Below, one piece after another: positions 1 through 10,267 of a stretch of DNA of 64,000 nt. Made by a program: the position numbers and the translations under genes. Below the pieces are notes generated by a model. It was not told the origin of the DNA, did no database searches, and saw only the letters and a list, made by a program, of their open reading frames with translations. Every line of letters starts with the position of its first letter. The stretch's first letter is position 1. The DNA lies in the sequence record NC_028999.1; one strand, written 5' to 3'.

Positions 1-806
1 CGAGCTGGCTGTTTGCGCGTCCAACCGAGTTGTTCGATCAGTTCGCTTACATCCATATTCGCATCAGACTCCAGACCCAGTGATTTCTGTTTCATTGCCT
101 GATCCTGCATACCCCAGAGAGTAGCAGGTGTAATGACAACTTCAGTTTCAGCAAAGCTTTCTAGTGCTGGTGACTTATACTTGTTAGCGATGTAAATACC
201 GCCTTCACCCACAAAGTCCCATGTAGAAATCTCACGGGTGTATTTGATGCCACGCATCATGTCATCTTGAGTAATCGAACGTACCGAACAATAGGTGTTG
301 ATACTCGGATTATCGAGCGACTCTTTGAAGATATGGCCGAATGGACCGTAAGGCTTGACTTCACCTACGACCATTTTGACCCGACGACCTTCCTCATTGA
401 TGGTATCAACAATGGACAGTGCACGGATGTGCGCACAGACGCGATCGTCATCGATTTTGCGGATACGTTGCAGATATTCCCGATCAGACAGTTGTCGTTT
501 AACAACACGACCTTCAACCAGGATTTCTTCCCAGGGTTCAGGATGCTTGAACTCCATGAACAGTACGCCCTTTTTCAGACGACGCATCAGCGGGCTGTCA
601 GGGTTGAACATGGAGACACCACTGGCTTCGTCATAAAACATACCAGCAGAGTTATGGGTACCATAGGCACCGAGAACGACTGTGTAATAACCGTCCGCAC
701 TTGGGGCAAGAATGCCCTTCTTGTCAGTACCGGCGAGCATCGTACAACCAATGCGGACTTGGTTGGCTACGTTGTTAGCGCGCTGCGGTTGCGTTCCGAA
801 TTGCAT
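1..806 (-). CDS. Prohead (head maturation) protease, phiKZ gp175/T4 gp21-like; 3' end runs off the window
   Basis: Manual translation from ATG at 806: MQFGTQPQ...GYYTVVLGAYGTHNSAG...EFKHPEP...RIRKIDDDRVCAHIRAL...EVKPYGPFG...NTYCSVRS...TWDFVGEGG...NKYKSPALES, open to the window edge. The motifs and the position upstream of the gp178-182 block fit. Confidence 0.88.
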   Translation of the reverse strand, partial: MQFGTQPQRANNVANQVRIGCTMLAGTDKKGILAPSADGYYTVVLGAYGTHNSAGMFYDEASGVSMFNPDSPLMRRLKKGVLFMEFKHPEPWEEILVEGRVVKRQLSDREYLQRIRKIDDDRVCAHIRALSIVDTINEEGRRVKMVVGEVKPYGPFGHIFKESLDNPSINTYCSVRSITQDDMMRGIKYTREISTWDFVGEGGIYIANKYKSPALESFAETEVVITPATLWGMQDQAMKQKSLGLESDANMDVSELIEQLGWTRKQPA

Positions 807-817
807 TTGCAACCCCG

Positions 818-1540
818 TTAAGTTCTCAAGAGTTCTTCGATTACTTCGACAGACTCACTCGGATTCACCAGAGCAGAGTTGATACTGTCGCTAAAGTAAG
901 CACCATTAAGTTTCGAGGTTGTATCCGAGGTGTTCCAAATTACCGAGCGGAAAGGCACAGTCACCGGAGGGACCTTACGTACGTCATCGTGGCTGGAAAG
1001 CCTGTGACGATACAACCTAGTCATATCATCCGGATCACGAGCGATAGTGGAGATAATCAGCTCTACGATCGAACGACCACCTAGGTTAACCCCAGCATGT
1101 AGATCAGCTGTCTCAAACATCTTAGCCATGTCGTAATAGTCCATATACCAAGGGATGTTTCCCTTAGAAATGAACTCATCGTACATGTAGTACGCCAAGG
1201 TATCGTTCACAACCAAAGCCGTGGAAAAGAACACCTTATCACCCGCCTCAAACGAGAACTCGTAATAGGGTTCACTCTCGATCACTACCCGTTCTGTAGA
1301 ACTGGGGAGGATCCGCATCATGGCAATGGTGTTCGATACTCCGTAGTATTCTTCATTGAAGATGATCGGGAAGAAACCTAAGATGAAGACCTCCGAACCT
1401 AACACGGCCAGATTCTTCGCTGTGAATCGCTCAGGGATCTGAATTTTACAGGCAGCATTGGTAACTACGCTACCATTCTCTAGTTCAGTGAGGTGCGTGA
1501 GAGCACGAGCAGCATCACGCTTAAGAGATCTTACGTTCAT
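818..1540 (-). CDS. Conserved phiKZ-like (virion) protein, gp176-like by position
   Basis: 240 aa ORF with RBS (aaggtttcct before ATG), in the head/RNAP block next to the protease. Confidence 0.6.
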   Translation of the reverse strand: MNVRSLKRDAARALTHLTELENGSVVTNAACKIQIPERFTAKNLAVLGSEVFILGFFPIIFNEEYYGVSNTIAMMRILPSSTERVVIESEPYYEFSFEAGDKVFFSTALVVNDTLAYYMYDEFISKGNIPWYMDYYDMAKMFETADLHAGVNLGGRSIVELIISTIARDPDDMTRLYRHRLSSHDDVRKVPPVTVPFRSVIWNTSDTTSKLNGAYFSDSINSALVNPSESVEVIEELLRT

Positions 1541-1549
1541 AGGAAACCT

Positions 1550-2236
1550 TTAAATAGACGAACTCATCAACTTGCTCAAGTCTCTTAGCAAGTTCTTCTT
1601 AATGGTGTCGAAGCCTTCGTTACTCTGCATATCCAGCTCAGTGTCACTATCGATAGCGCCTTTGATCACAGCTATTACTGCACGACAAATCAAGTCAGCA
1701 TCAGTGTCATGCTCGACACTGTGACGCAATTTATGCCAGGTCTGTTGTAACTCTTCTACATATTTGTTAGTACTGAGCAGATTAGTGCGGTCATTCAAAA
1801 CGTCCACATAAACCCTAGCCGCAGATTTAAGACCATCTCGACTGAGAGTAGACAATTCCTGTGTTGGCCGAGCAGGTAGACCATGGAGTTTAAGCTCCAA
1901 GCCTTCGGCCTCTTCAACAGCGTTGGGATTATCTTGCTTGGCCTGTACAATTTTCTTCAGAGGTGCAGTACTAGCATCGAACTTTTTCAGGGTAGCAATG
2001 TTACCCTGGATCGACTTATTGAAACCCGCTATCAGGTTTTGGAGAGTGGACCCGATGTTGTCGGTTATGTAAGTTCCATACTTAAAACTTACCTTGCCTT
2101 TCTTTGGTTGGCGCTTCTTCAACCACTCGTCGTTGAGATAAGTATCTTTGAGGATTTTTATATCCTCTTTGGTACCTGTTAGTTTAGGTGCAGCACTGAA
2201 CAGTCCAAAGAGTTCGTTACTGAATGTGACTGTCAT
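1550..2236 (-). CDS. Hypothetical protein, possibly virion
   Basis: 228 aa ORF tightly packed in the - strand operon. Confidence 0.6.
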   Translation of the reverse strand: MTVTFSNELFGLFSAAPKLTGTKEDIKILKDTYLNDEWLKKRQPKKGKVSFKYGTYITDNIGSTLQNLIAGFNKSIQGNIATLKKFDASTAPLKKIVQAKQDNPNAVEEAEGLELKLHGLPARPTQELSTLSRDGLKSAARVYVDVLNDRTNLLSTNKYVEELQQTWHKLRHSVEHDTDADLICRAVIAVIKGAIDSDTELDMQSNEGFDTIKKNLLRDLSKLMSSSI

Positions 2237-2502
2237 AACTGCCCCAATTGGAATTTTAAAATAGAATGGAAAACATCGCTATCGCGACCATTGTGGTATG
2301 CTAAGCTACGGGTACGTTCTTCAGGGGTAAGGGTTCCATGAGGACCAGCACCCTGTTTGATTTCTGCGCAACGTACGAGCTTGGCAGAATAAGACAAAGT
2401 TGGATCTAAACCGAGGGCATCAAACACGGGATTGTGTTGAGTGTTCTCTTCCCCAGCCTTCTGCATCCATACATCAGAAGACTCACCCCGACGCTCTTCC
2501 AA
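2233..2502 (-). CDS. Hypothetical protein
   Basis: 89 aa ORF with a 4-bp overlap with the downstream gene. Confidence 0.5.
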   Translation of the reverse strand: MEERRGESSDVWMQKAGEENTQHNPVFDALGLDPTLSYSAKLVRCAEIKQGAGPHGTLTPEERTRSLAYHNGRDSDVFHSILKFQLGQL

Positions 2503-2549
2503 GCGCCGGAGTTTGTCTTCGATGTCGAATGTTTCAGTAGAAGACTGGC

Positions 2550-4337
2550 TTAGGCCAAAGGGGCCTCTTCCTCTTCTTGCTCTTCTTCAGCCTGCTCTTC
2601 TGCTTCTACCTCAGCTTCATCCACAACGGATTCTTCTTCAGTTTCAGCAGCTTCTTCCTCGGTCAGTGCACCGGCCTCGGCAACGCTGTCGTACGGATCG
2701 GCTTCAGTCTCTTCAACTTCATCGAACTCGTCTTCACCTTCCGCCATCGGTGGCAGACCATCGTCAGATTCCGGAACGGATTCAACGACGTCTTCATCTA
2801 CTTCAGCTTTCCCTTCTGCTTCTTCTTGGAAGAGAGGTTCAGCACCCGTTTCACTTTCGGCTTCAGCTTCCGGCAGTTTAGCATTCGGATCGACATCTGC
2901 TTCGAAGTCTTCTACCTTGATCTGTGCAGCTAGGAACAGAGCTACCAGCGAGATCAGACCTTGGGTATTCAGTTCACGAACAGAAGCATCCGGGAAGTGT
3001 TGACCGTATTCGTCGATCGCTTGCAGGTAATCCAGATACGTGGACTGCGGGAAGTACACTTTGCAGATCAGAGTAGCGAACACCGTGTAGGGGTTCTTGG
3101 TGTCTTCAATGCGAATGTAGCGCATGGCATCGGCCAGTACACCACGTAGGTTCGGGATAGCACGATCTTTCAGTGCAGTCTCGTTAACCTGCGACATGAA
3201 GGCAGCAACGATATCTTGACGGCGACTACGTTCGGCTGCATCGATAGCAGCTTGCTTGATCAGCGGGTAAGTGGCAACCCAACGATTGACCAGGTAATCG
3301 GATTTGGCTTCGATGGAAGCCACGGTGTCCAGACCAGTACCTTCGATAGCTGCACCCAGAATGGCTTGGATGTTGCCACCTTTAGCCAACCACTGAGGAG
3401 CTACGTCACCATTGATGATTACAACCACCTTACGGTTTTCGATGTACTTATCAGCGTCGTAACGCAGAACCAGCTGCTCACGCTCACGGGCTTCAATACG
3501 ACGAGCATAAGCACGCAATACATACGAACCCAGCATTTCGTGAAGCAGGCGAACAACGTTGTTCCATTCGTCCAGTGTTACCGATTCACCCGGAACAGTT
3601 TGCGGGTTTTCGATGTAGTGACCGCAGATGAAATACGCCATCAGCAGTTCATCAATATTGAACGGAGCATTGGCCAGACGCAGGAAGTCCAAGCTGGCTG
3701 GATTAACTACATGACCAGTACCGAACAGAGCCGTCCATACAGCTTCAATACGTTCAACCGGAATCTTCAGTGCCCATTCAGTAACCTGCTCTTGATCCAG
3801 GTGTGGGTTATTGACAGCCACCATCTCAATGATGGTTTCCGCCGACAGAGGCTTGAGCATGAAGGTACGGTATTCAGCCAGCGGGCGAACACGAGCGTAA
3901 CGATCATTGATGTGGTTAACCAGACGCGGATCGTTGTGGATAGGGTCGTAGTTGAAAGACTCTACACGGCAATCAGCTTGAGAGCTAGCACCCTGACGAC
4001 TGGCGTAATCATTGTGCATTGCGGTGATAGCCGGGATGATCACGTTTTGGGTATTGAACTGCACACGTGCAATTGCGGTGTGCAGGTTGGCGATCATGGC
4101 CTCACGTTCATCGTCAACCGATGCTGGAGTTTCCTGGTTGATTTCTTCGAAGTGGTCTTCTACCGATGCAGCCAGTTCATCAGACATTTCAACCTTGTTG
4201 GGTTGTTCGTCTACGTTCAGGCCATCAGCAAAGACACCCACCGGGGTATCCATGTTAGGGACAGTAAGAACTCGCCCATCGCGAGTGAAGGATTGGGCCG
4301 CATCACGTACCGCATCCATAGAGGTAATCTCGGACAT
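2550..4337 (-). CDS. Virion/head protein (gp177-like by position) with a very acidic C-terminal tail
   Basis: 595 aa ORF with RBS aaggag; last ~110 aa dominated by E/D/A. Confidence 0.65.
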   Translation of the reverse strand: MSEITSMDAVRDAAQSFTRDGRVLTVPNMDTPVGVFADGLNVDEQPNKVEMSDELAASVEDHFEEINQETPASVDDEREAMIANLHTAIARVQFNTQNVIIPAITAMHNDYASRQGASSQADCRVESFNYDPIHNDPRLVNHINDRYARVRPLAEYRTFMLKPLSAETIIEMVAVNNPHLDQEQVTEWALKIPVERIEAVWTALFGTGHVVNPASLDFLRLANAPFNIDELLMAYFICGHYIENPQTVPGESVTLDEWNNVVRLLHEMLGSYVLRAYARRIEAREREQLVLRYDADKYIENRKVVVIINGDVAPQWLAKGGNIQAILGAAIEGTGLDTVASIEAKSDYLVNRWVATYPLIKQAAIDAAERSRRQDIVAAFMSQVNETALKDRAIPNLRGVLADAMRYIRIEDTKNPYTVFATLICKVYFPQSTYLDYLQAIDEYGQHFPDASVRELNTQGLISLVALFLAAQIKVEDFEADVDPNAKLPEAEAESETGAEPLFQEEAEGKAEVDEDVVESVPESDDGLPPMAEGEDEFDEVEETEADPYDSVAEAGALTEEEAAETEEESVVDEAEVEAEEQAEEEQEEEEAPLA

Positions 4338-4346
4338 GATGTCTCC

Positions 4347-4544
4347 TTAAATACCCAGCAGTTTAGACACACGAGCTACCAGGGCAGCTTGGATATCCGG
4401 TTTAGTCAGAAACTCGCCTTCCAGTGTGGCGGCGTGAGAGTCAGAGCCCAGGGACCGAACGATAGCTTCGGCCCCCAGTTCAGCAACAGCGGTCAAAACT
4501 GCTACGTTCTGACCGTGTGCAACGTTACTACTTAGCTTTTGCAT
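4347..4544 (-). CDS. Small hypothetical protein (65 aa, MQKLSSNV...)
   Basis: GAGGA RBS before ATG at 4544; the start overlaps the end of RNAP exon 2. Confidence 0.55.
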   Translation of the reverse strand: MQKLSSNVAHGQNVAVLTAVAELGAEAIVRSLGSDSHAATLEGEFLTKPDIQAALVARVSKLLGI

Positions 4545-5667
4545 TTGTGGTTCCTCGATATACGCCTGCAATATGCTTGGACAATGCACGGAGCAAAATG
4601 CTCGTGGTTGAAATGAGTTTAGGAGACATTACCATCCGTTCCTCTACAGAAGTATTGCCGAAGATCAGATCAATCGGAGTACCGTCTTCCGTTTCGTTAC
4701 GACCTTCCATTACCCGAGAGATAACAGTTTTCATCTGGTTACCGAGTACACCTTTATCACCGACACCACAAGAGATGTCATGGTCGATATAGATGCGGAT
4801 AACCATGTGGTCTGGTTCAAGGATTTGACCTTTCACACGGAACGACGAATCCACTTCACCGGTAAACACCGGTTGATTCAGAGACTTCGCAATATCTGCA
4901 CGTTGTTTGTCAGAGGCGCGAGCGATCGCTTGCAGGTTCTCGGACATGTCTTCGATGTCACCATGATAGTAACATTCGATCTTCGACACAGTACCGACAA
5001 CTTTAGCACGCGGGGTGTGCGCAGCCAGTCGACGCAGCGTTTCAATAGCCGCATCGCCAAACAGCGTGTTCTCTGCGGTTTCGGGGTCTTCGATTATACA
5101 TAGAATTGAATTCAGGTCGACATGGTCTCCCCGCTTCACCAATTCTGAAACATGTTGATCAAAGCGAACAGTGATGTTCTTAATGTCGGTGGTCTGTGTT
5201 TGTAGGCGCACAGCCAGTTCTTTCGAAATGGTTGAGCCGTCCTCCAATGTATCGAGGTTATCACAGAAAGCCACCGTTGCCATACATCCAGCTTTCCACA
5301 ACACTTGGCCCGGAGCATAACGGTCCGCAGTGAAGTACTTACGGTTGTACGCGATCGTATCACCATGTTTGAACTTGTCACCTTTCTTCAGATCAGTTAC
5401 CAAGTCATGTGGATAGTTCACACCAGCAGCGGTGCCATGAACGATCCCCAGAGGCGAACTCACGATTTCTCCATCAGCGTATTTAACGGTAATGCCATGC
5501 TCGTCAACCGAGATAACTTCACCGTCTTGTTCAGCAGCAGTAGCGAAGATGGAACTGGTACGCTGTGCTACAATTTGCTCGTAGCCGGTACGCACTGGAG
5601 TTACTTCGTAACCATCAGCATAGATACCTTGCTGTTGCTGAATACTGATAAATCCGACGCGTTTCAT
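4528..5667 (-). CDS. Virion RNA polymerase beta-like subunit (gp178-like), exon 2
   Basis: Starts MKRVGFISIQQQQG; spliced to exon 1 it gives NDD|MKRVGF, matching the beta-subunit DDxxR motif. Later motifs: LEDG...IS and GDKGVLGNQMKTVI. Confidence 0.88.
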   Translation of the reverse strand: MKRVGFISIQQQQGIYADGYEVTPVRTGYEQIVAQRTSSIFATAAEQDGEVISVDEHGITVKYADGEIVSSPLGIVHGTAAGVNYPHDLVTDLKKGDKFKHGDTIAYNRKYFTADRYAPGQVLWKAGCMATVAFCDNLDTLEDGSTISKELAVRLQTQTTDIKNITVRFDQHVSELVKRGDHVDLNSILCIIEDPETAENTLFGDAAIETLRRLAAHTPRAKVVGTVSKIECYYHGDIEDMSENLQAIARASDKQRADIAKSLNQPVFTGEVDSSFRVKGQILEPDHMVIRIYIDHDISCGVGDKGVLGNQMKTVISRVMEGRNETEDGTPIDLIFGNTSVEERMVMSPKLISTTSILLRALSKHIAGVYRGTTNAKAK

Positions 5668-7019
5668 CGAGATCTTCAGATAGTTCGTTAGACTATCCCG
5701 TGCGTTTAAGCACTGCTCTAGGCTTTCCCTAGATGTCGAGACTATATCTTCCCCTACGTGAGAGGCTTCCCATTTCGAGCCCACTTGAGCCCTACACCGT
5801 GATAAGCGGTTAGTCGTTGAACCTTACCCATATCTTTCGACTTAGGGTCTTGGCTGCTGATTGTCCAATCTATCTCGTTTTCAAACCGTCAATACCTGCT
5901 TTCGCGGTACTTGTGGTGAGACAGCTCTAAGGACGTTCCAGCAATTAGAGAAGATACCATCTAGATATCGCTATCTAGTGGGACTGTATCTATTAAATCT
6001 TTGTAATAGCCATAGCGATAGCCATCACTATAAACTTTGTTACCTTTGGATTTCAAACGTTCATTTAACGTAGTGGGTTTTAAGAACATTGACGATGCGC
6101 ACATGTGTGGAGATTCGAAGGCAATCCTTCTACCATTTTCACCAATCAACAGCACGGGTTTCTTCCCAGCTAAAGCCATGTCAAGGTAAGGATCATCAAC
6201 TATTCGCCATTCATCGGTATCCCATCGAATCTGACGGAGACCAGGTATGATTGGTTGAGTTGGATCGTTTATCCATTGGCTAACAGTAGGTAATGCAAAC
6301 CCAATAAATCTAGCTGCATCTGTGAGACTGACGAATTCAGTAATTTCACCGGAAATGAGACACTTTATTAAAACTTTCCGATGATTTAGGTTAGCTTGAA
6401 TCTCTTTATCAATGTCAACTGGTATATACCAAGGTTTATCACTAATGCGTCGATACTGTCGTTTCTCGGGAAACACACGCTCCTGCCCGACTTTGACTCG
6501 GTATGAGATAGCGTCTTTCGATAAACCGTAATATCGACCGCAGTCAATGTAACTGGGGAAAGTGCGAACTTCCCCTGTGATAGAATCCCTGACTTCAATT
6601 GGAATACATTTATCAGAAATTCCAATCTCTCCAGCATGCTCAATATTGCGTTGAGCGGTTACCCATTCTAAGTTATCAAGGCGGTCATCGCCTTTTATGC
6701 CGTTTTTGTGATTCACCACCAGTTTAGTTATATCTGAATCAAAGGGAATGTAGACGAATGCTAGTAATCGATGTCGTCCCCATGTAAGAGTAACTCCATG
6801 ATCGTCCGTCAAACGTAGGTTAACGTAACCAGCTGGATTAACACTTCCCTCCATGAGAGAGCAAGTGTGAAAGCTGTATACATCCCCGTCCCTTGAAATA
6901 AGATATTTACTGTAACCAGGAATCGGCGAGAAATCCTTTAAGTTTATAGCCATGTCTATCCTCCAAAAACACTATAACATTGGAGTATAGACTTCACAAA
7001 CATTCAATAAACAATAACA
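5668..7019 (-). mobile_element. Self-splicing group I intron (1352 nt) carrying a homing endonuclease
   Basis: On the - strand: P element AATTGCTGGAA (~5935-5945), Q AATCAGCAGCCAAG (~5850-5863), R GTTCAACGACTA (~5811-5822), S AAGATATAGTC (~5740-5750). The 5' exon ends in U (7020), the intron ends in G (5668), and splicing is in frame (1081+379 aa). Confidence 0.9.
5961..6953 (-). CDS. Intron-encoded NUMOD4-HNH homing endonuclease
   Basis: N-terminal IPGYSKYLISRDGDVYS (NUMOD4-like), HRLLA...VVNHKNGIKGDDRLDNLEWVTAQRNIEHA (HNH), repeated C-terminal HTH-like modules; GGAGGA RBS. Confidence 0.9.
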   Translation of the reverse strand: MAINLKDFSPIPGYSKYLISRDGDVYSFHTCSLMEGSVNPAGYVNLRLTDDHGVTLTWGRHRLLAFVYIPFDSDITKLVVNHKNGIKGDDRLDNLEWVTAQRNIEHAGEIGISDKCIPIEVRDSITGEVRTFPSYIDCGRYYGLSKDAISYRVKVGQERVFPEKRQYRRISDKPWYIPVDIDKEIQANLNHRKVLIKCLISGEITEFVSLTDAARFIGFALPTVSQWINDPTQPIIPGLRQIRWDTDEWRIVDDPYLDMALAGKKPVLLIGENGRRIAFESPHMCASSMFLKPTTLNERLKSKGNKVYSDGYRYGYYKDLIDTVPLDSDI

Positions 7020-10000
7020 ATCATCGTTCATTGAACCTACGGCCAACAATGCTGACGTAGACAGCATCTTAGCGTGACCGTCTGTTTCTTTATCGAACAT
7101 GCGGGTCGTACCACGCATGCTGACAAAGTTAGCGTCAGGCGAGAGGTAAGCAATTACACCCACGTCACCGGAGTCTACTGTCGATTCCGAAACCACACCT
7201 ACGTCAGCTTCACCGTAGATACGAGTACGCGCCACCATCGATGTTGGACCATGGCCACCATCACCACGATAGGTCATGGCTTCTTGCTCTCGCAAGTTGG
7301 CGATCGGGTTGGAGTCTTCAATCGTTGCGACAGTCGGATCCTGAACAATCTTGCGCCAGATTTCGTGTTGGTCAAGAATGATCTGTTGATCAGCAGAACC
7401 TTCACGGTTGTTGTACACCTTAGCGGCTTGGTTCAGAGACTTGTAAATGGCCCCAGCCATGCGTTCATAGCCACGATAACGCATGTAAGCACCGTCGACC
7501 TCACCCGGAGACCAATCGTTCATCAGAAGCTCTACAGAACGATACAGCAATCCTTCGAAGTCCGTTGGCTCACCCATCTCCTCCAAAATACCTTTGGTGA
7601 TGGGATCCACCCAGGAATTAAACAGATGGGTAATCTCTTTGGCGTAGCGACTAGACAACCCAGCCTCTTCCAGAACACGGTAATACACGTCACGACGGTC
7701 GAAGTCATAACGAGAAAACTTCTTCAGTGATTGATGATACCGTTTAAAGCCAGCGAGCACGAGTTGTGCTTTGTAGTCCTGACGAGAGAACACAAGGATC
7801 TCATCAGCAAAGGCTAACGTGTAGTCGTCTTGGGAGACCTGAATGCGAGTACCGCGCTGGTGTTTATCGTACTTGACCCCCAGCTTGTTTAACAGATTGG
7901 TCAGACCACCATGGAACCCAAGGATGAATGCTAGTGGAATCTCTTTGTTAGAGACCGACATAACAATCGCTTCTAACGGTGCCTTGGTCAGATTCAGCCC
8001 AACCATGTCAACCAGTGTACCCATTGGTTCGAGATCATTGCCATCTTGCAAGTAGAAGTTACCTGCTTGATCTAACATGATAGGTTGACCTTCACGGACA
8101 CCTGTCATGACGTAACCATCTTTCTCGAACTGCGTTACATCCAGATGGAACTTCTCTCGGAAGTAATCTACACGGTCAGCGTACTTGAAGTACAACTGGT
8201 TCTTACCATTATCGAACGCTTGGAACGCACCACCCATTGCAGAATACACACGAGGCAATACGTAAGCTGATTGATCCAGCTCAGCGTAACGGACGTTGGT
8301 GATCGATTGATCATTGGGATCCAGAGCACGAGCGGTGATCTGACGAACCAACCACACATCGTAGTTGTTGACAGCCAATCCAGAACGAGACACGAAAGTC
8401 TTGTTATAGTAGCTGGTCAATGCCACTCGGGTTGGGTTAACTTTACGGATCGGTACGTCTGCCCGCTGCATCCGTTGGCGGTAGGTGACCCCATTAGAAC
8501 GGAAACGACCATCACGATCAATCACCGGAATGCGGAAACGCAATTGGCTAGAACGACCACGAATCGGCTTCACTGTCACAGTGAATGATTGGTAATGGTT
8601 CATGGCGTCTTGCACTTCTTCCATCTTGATATCGGTCACTGCGATACCTTGCTGTTGAATAGCCAGGACCGAGTTCATGATGTCTTTAGGTAGCAACGTC
8701 TTGTTGTACTTACGCACCATCGCCTTGTGTTTAGCACCGAGCATCGACTTATCGAGGATCGTCGTTTTGTCGGCGAACTTCACTTCAGGGATAGCGTAGT
8801 CTTCGGCTGCATACTGCATGGCTTCCGCAATCGTCTTACCTGAACCAAAGGGATCCGGCAGGGACTTATAGCTGCTAGCGTCTTCTACAGCCTGTTCGAA
8901 GGTACGGGGTGAGATCATACCCACCTGATACAATTCAAACGCTTTAGCCCCTACACCATCGACCAATGGATCATCAGTCTCAAAACGAGGCAGAGCGGAT
9001 TTGGTAGCCTTACCGTCAGAAACGTTAAGGGTCTTCTCAGCTTCTACTTCTTTGACCAGTGGTGCAGTTTCTAACGGATCTTTCTCAATAACCAGCGTCG
9101 TGATTTCGAGCTCAGACTCCGGAGGAGGATTGTAGGTGACTTCCATCAAACCCAGGTCAAGTGTTTTCACAATCGACGAATCGTCTTTACTGGAGTCATC
9201 CACTACATCACCTACGTCAACGTCTTCAGCCTCTTCTTGAGGCTCAACGTCATCAGTGGGTTCAATGTCTTCATCTTCCGATACCACATCAGTGGGTTCT
9301 TCCAACGCGGTGGGGCTAATCGCTACATCACTACTGTCCTGTTCAACCAGAGTATCATTACCATGGTTGTATTCCACCAGCGTGGTCAGCAAGCTCAGGA
9401 TACGGCGTTGCATCACGTCTGGGGTATAGACGACTTCCAGACCCAGTTCGTCGACGTACGACTCTTGAGCAACAGTGAGCTGTTCTTCTTCAAACTCAGG
9501 AGACTTCCGCCATTCTTCCAGTAGACCCAGATTGATCACAAAGAACGAACCTTGTGCACGGATCAGGAAGTTGATCTTCTCGTAAGCTTCACGTGGCAGA
9601 ACAGACATGAACGAAGTTTCACGACTGTTACCAAAGAAGCGGTACAGATCAAAGATGTTCAATACCGCCGGCGTGCGGAACTTCTCCAGCAGGGCTTGAG
9701 TTTGACCTTTGGAGAACTGGACAAATTCTGAATACAACGGAATCGATTCTGGAATATGGATCTCGATGAACTGGTTCCAACCGAACCGTTTATGTGCATC
9801 TACCACGCCATCCCAGAAGGTAGCGGTGTTATTGACCCATCGATACCATCCAGCTTTATAGTTAGCTTGGTACTTATAAAGGTCATTGAGCATGTTGTAG
9901 TTGAACACTGCTACGTTTTGCAGGTTAAGCTTAACAGCCTCGTCTTTGCGCAGTGGTTTGAAGAAACGATGTTGACGACGGAACTCTTGTTCGAGTGTGG

Positions 10001-10262
10001 TCGCAATAACGCTGGTACGCCGTGCGTTACCATCAAGTGTCTTCAGTTCCAACTTGTGTTCAATGAACGACTTCCCCATCAACCGCGCAAAGATGGGATC
10101 CGATTGACTCGGACCCCGAACAGCGTAGTTGTCGTCGAAGAACTGGTAAACAGTCTCCAAAGGAAGCTCAAGTTTCTTGACGGCATGAAGTCTCGGCTTC
10201 TGCAACTCACTAGCCTGCTTGAGGCCATAGTTCTTAAGAAACTGTGCTATTTTTAAGCGCAT
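7020..10262 (-). CDS. Virion RNA polymerase beta-like subunit (gp178-like), exon 1
   Basis: 1081 codons ending AVGSMNDD; RNAP-like motifs such as IEDSNPIANLREQEAMTYRGDGG and SESTVDSGDVG. The ORF-track tail (CYCLLNV...) is intron read-through. Confidence 0.88.
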
Positions 10263-10267
10263 GGTTT

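Noticed and set aside
267-821. 184-aa + strand ORF
   Set aside because: Antisense shadow of the - strand prohead protease, which carries the recognisable motifs
3216-4535. 439-aa + strand ORF opposite the 595-aa gene
   Set aside because: Antisense ORF expected from codon bias; no RBS or motifs; the - strand operon is coherent
5668-5784. N-terminal 38 aa (MGSKWEASH...) of the listed 418-aa ORF
   Set aside because: Intron sequence containing the S element; the true exon starts at 5667
6972-7019. C-terminal CYCLLNVCEVYTPML of the 1096-aa ORF
   Set aside because: Translation running into the intron
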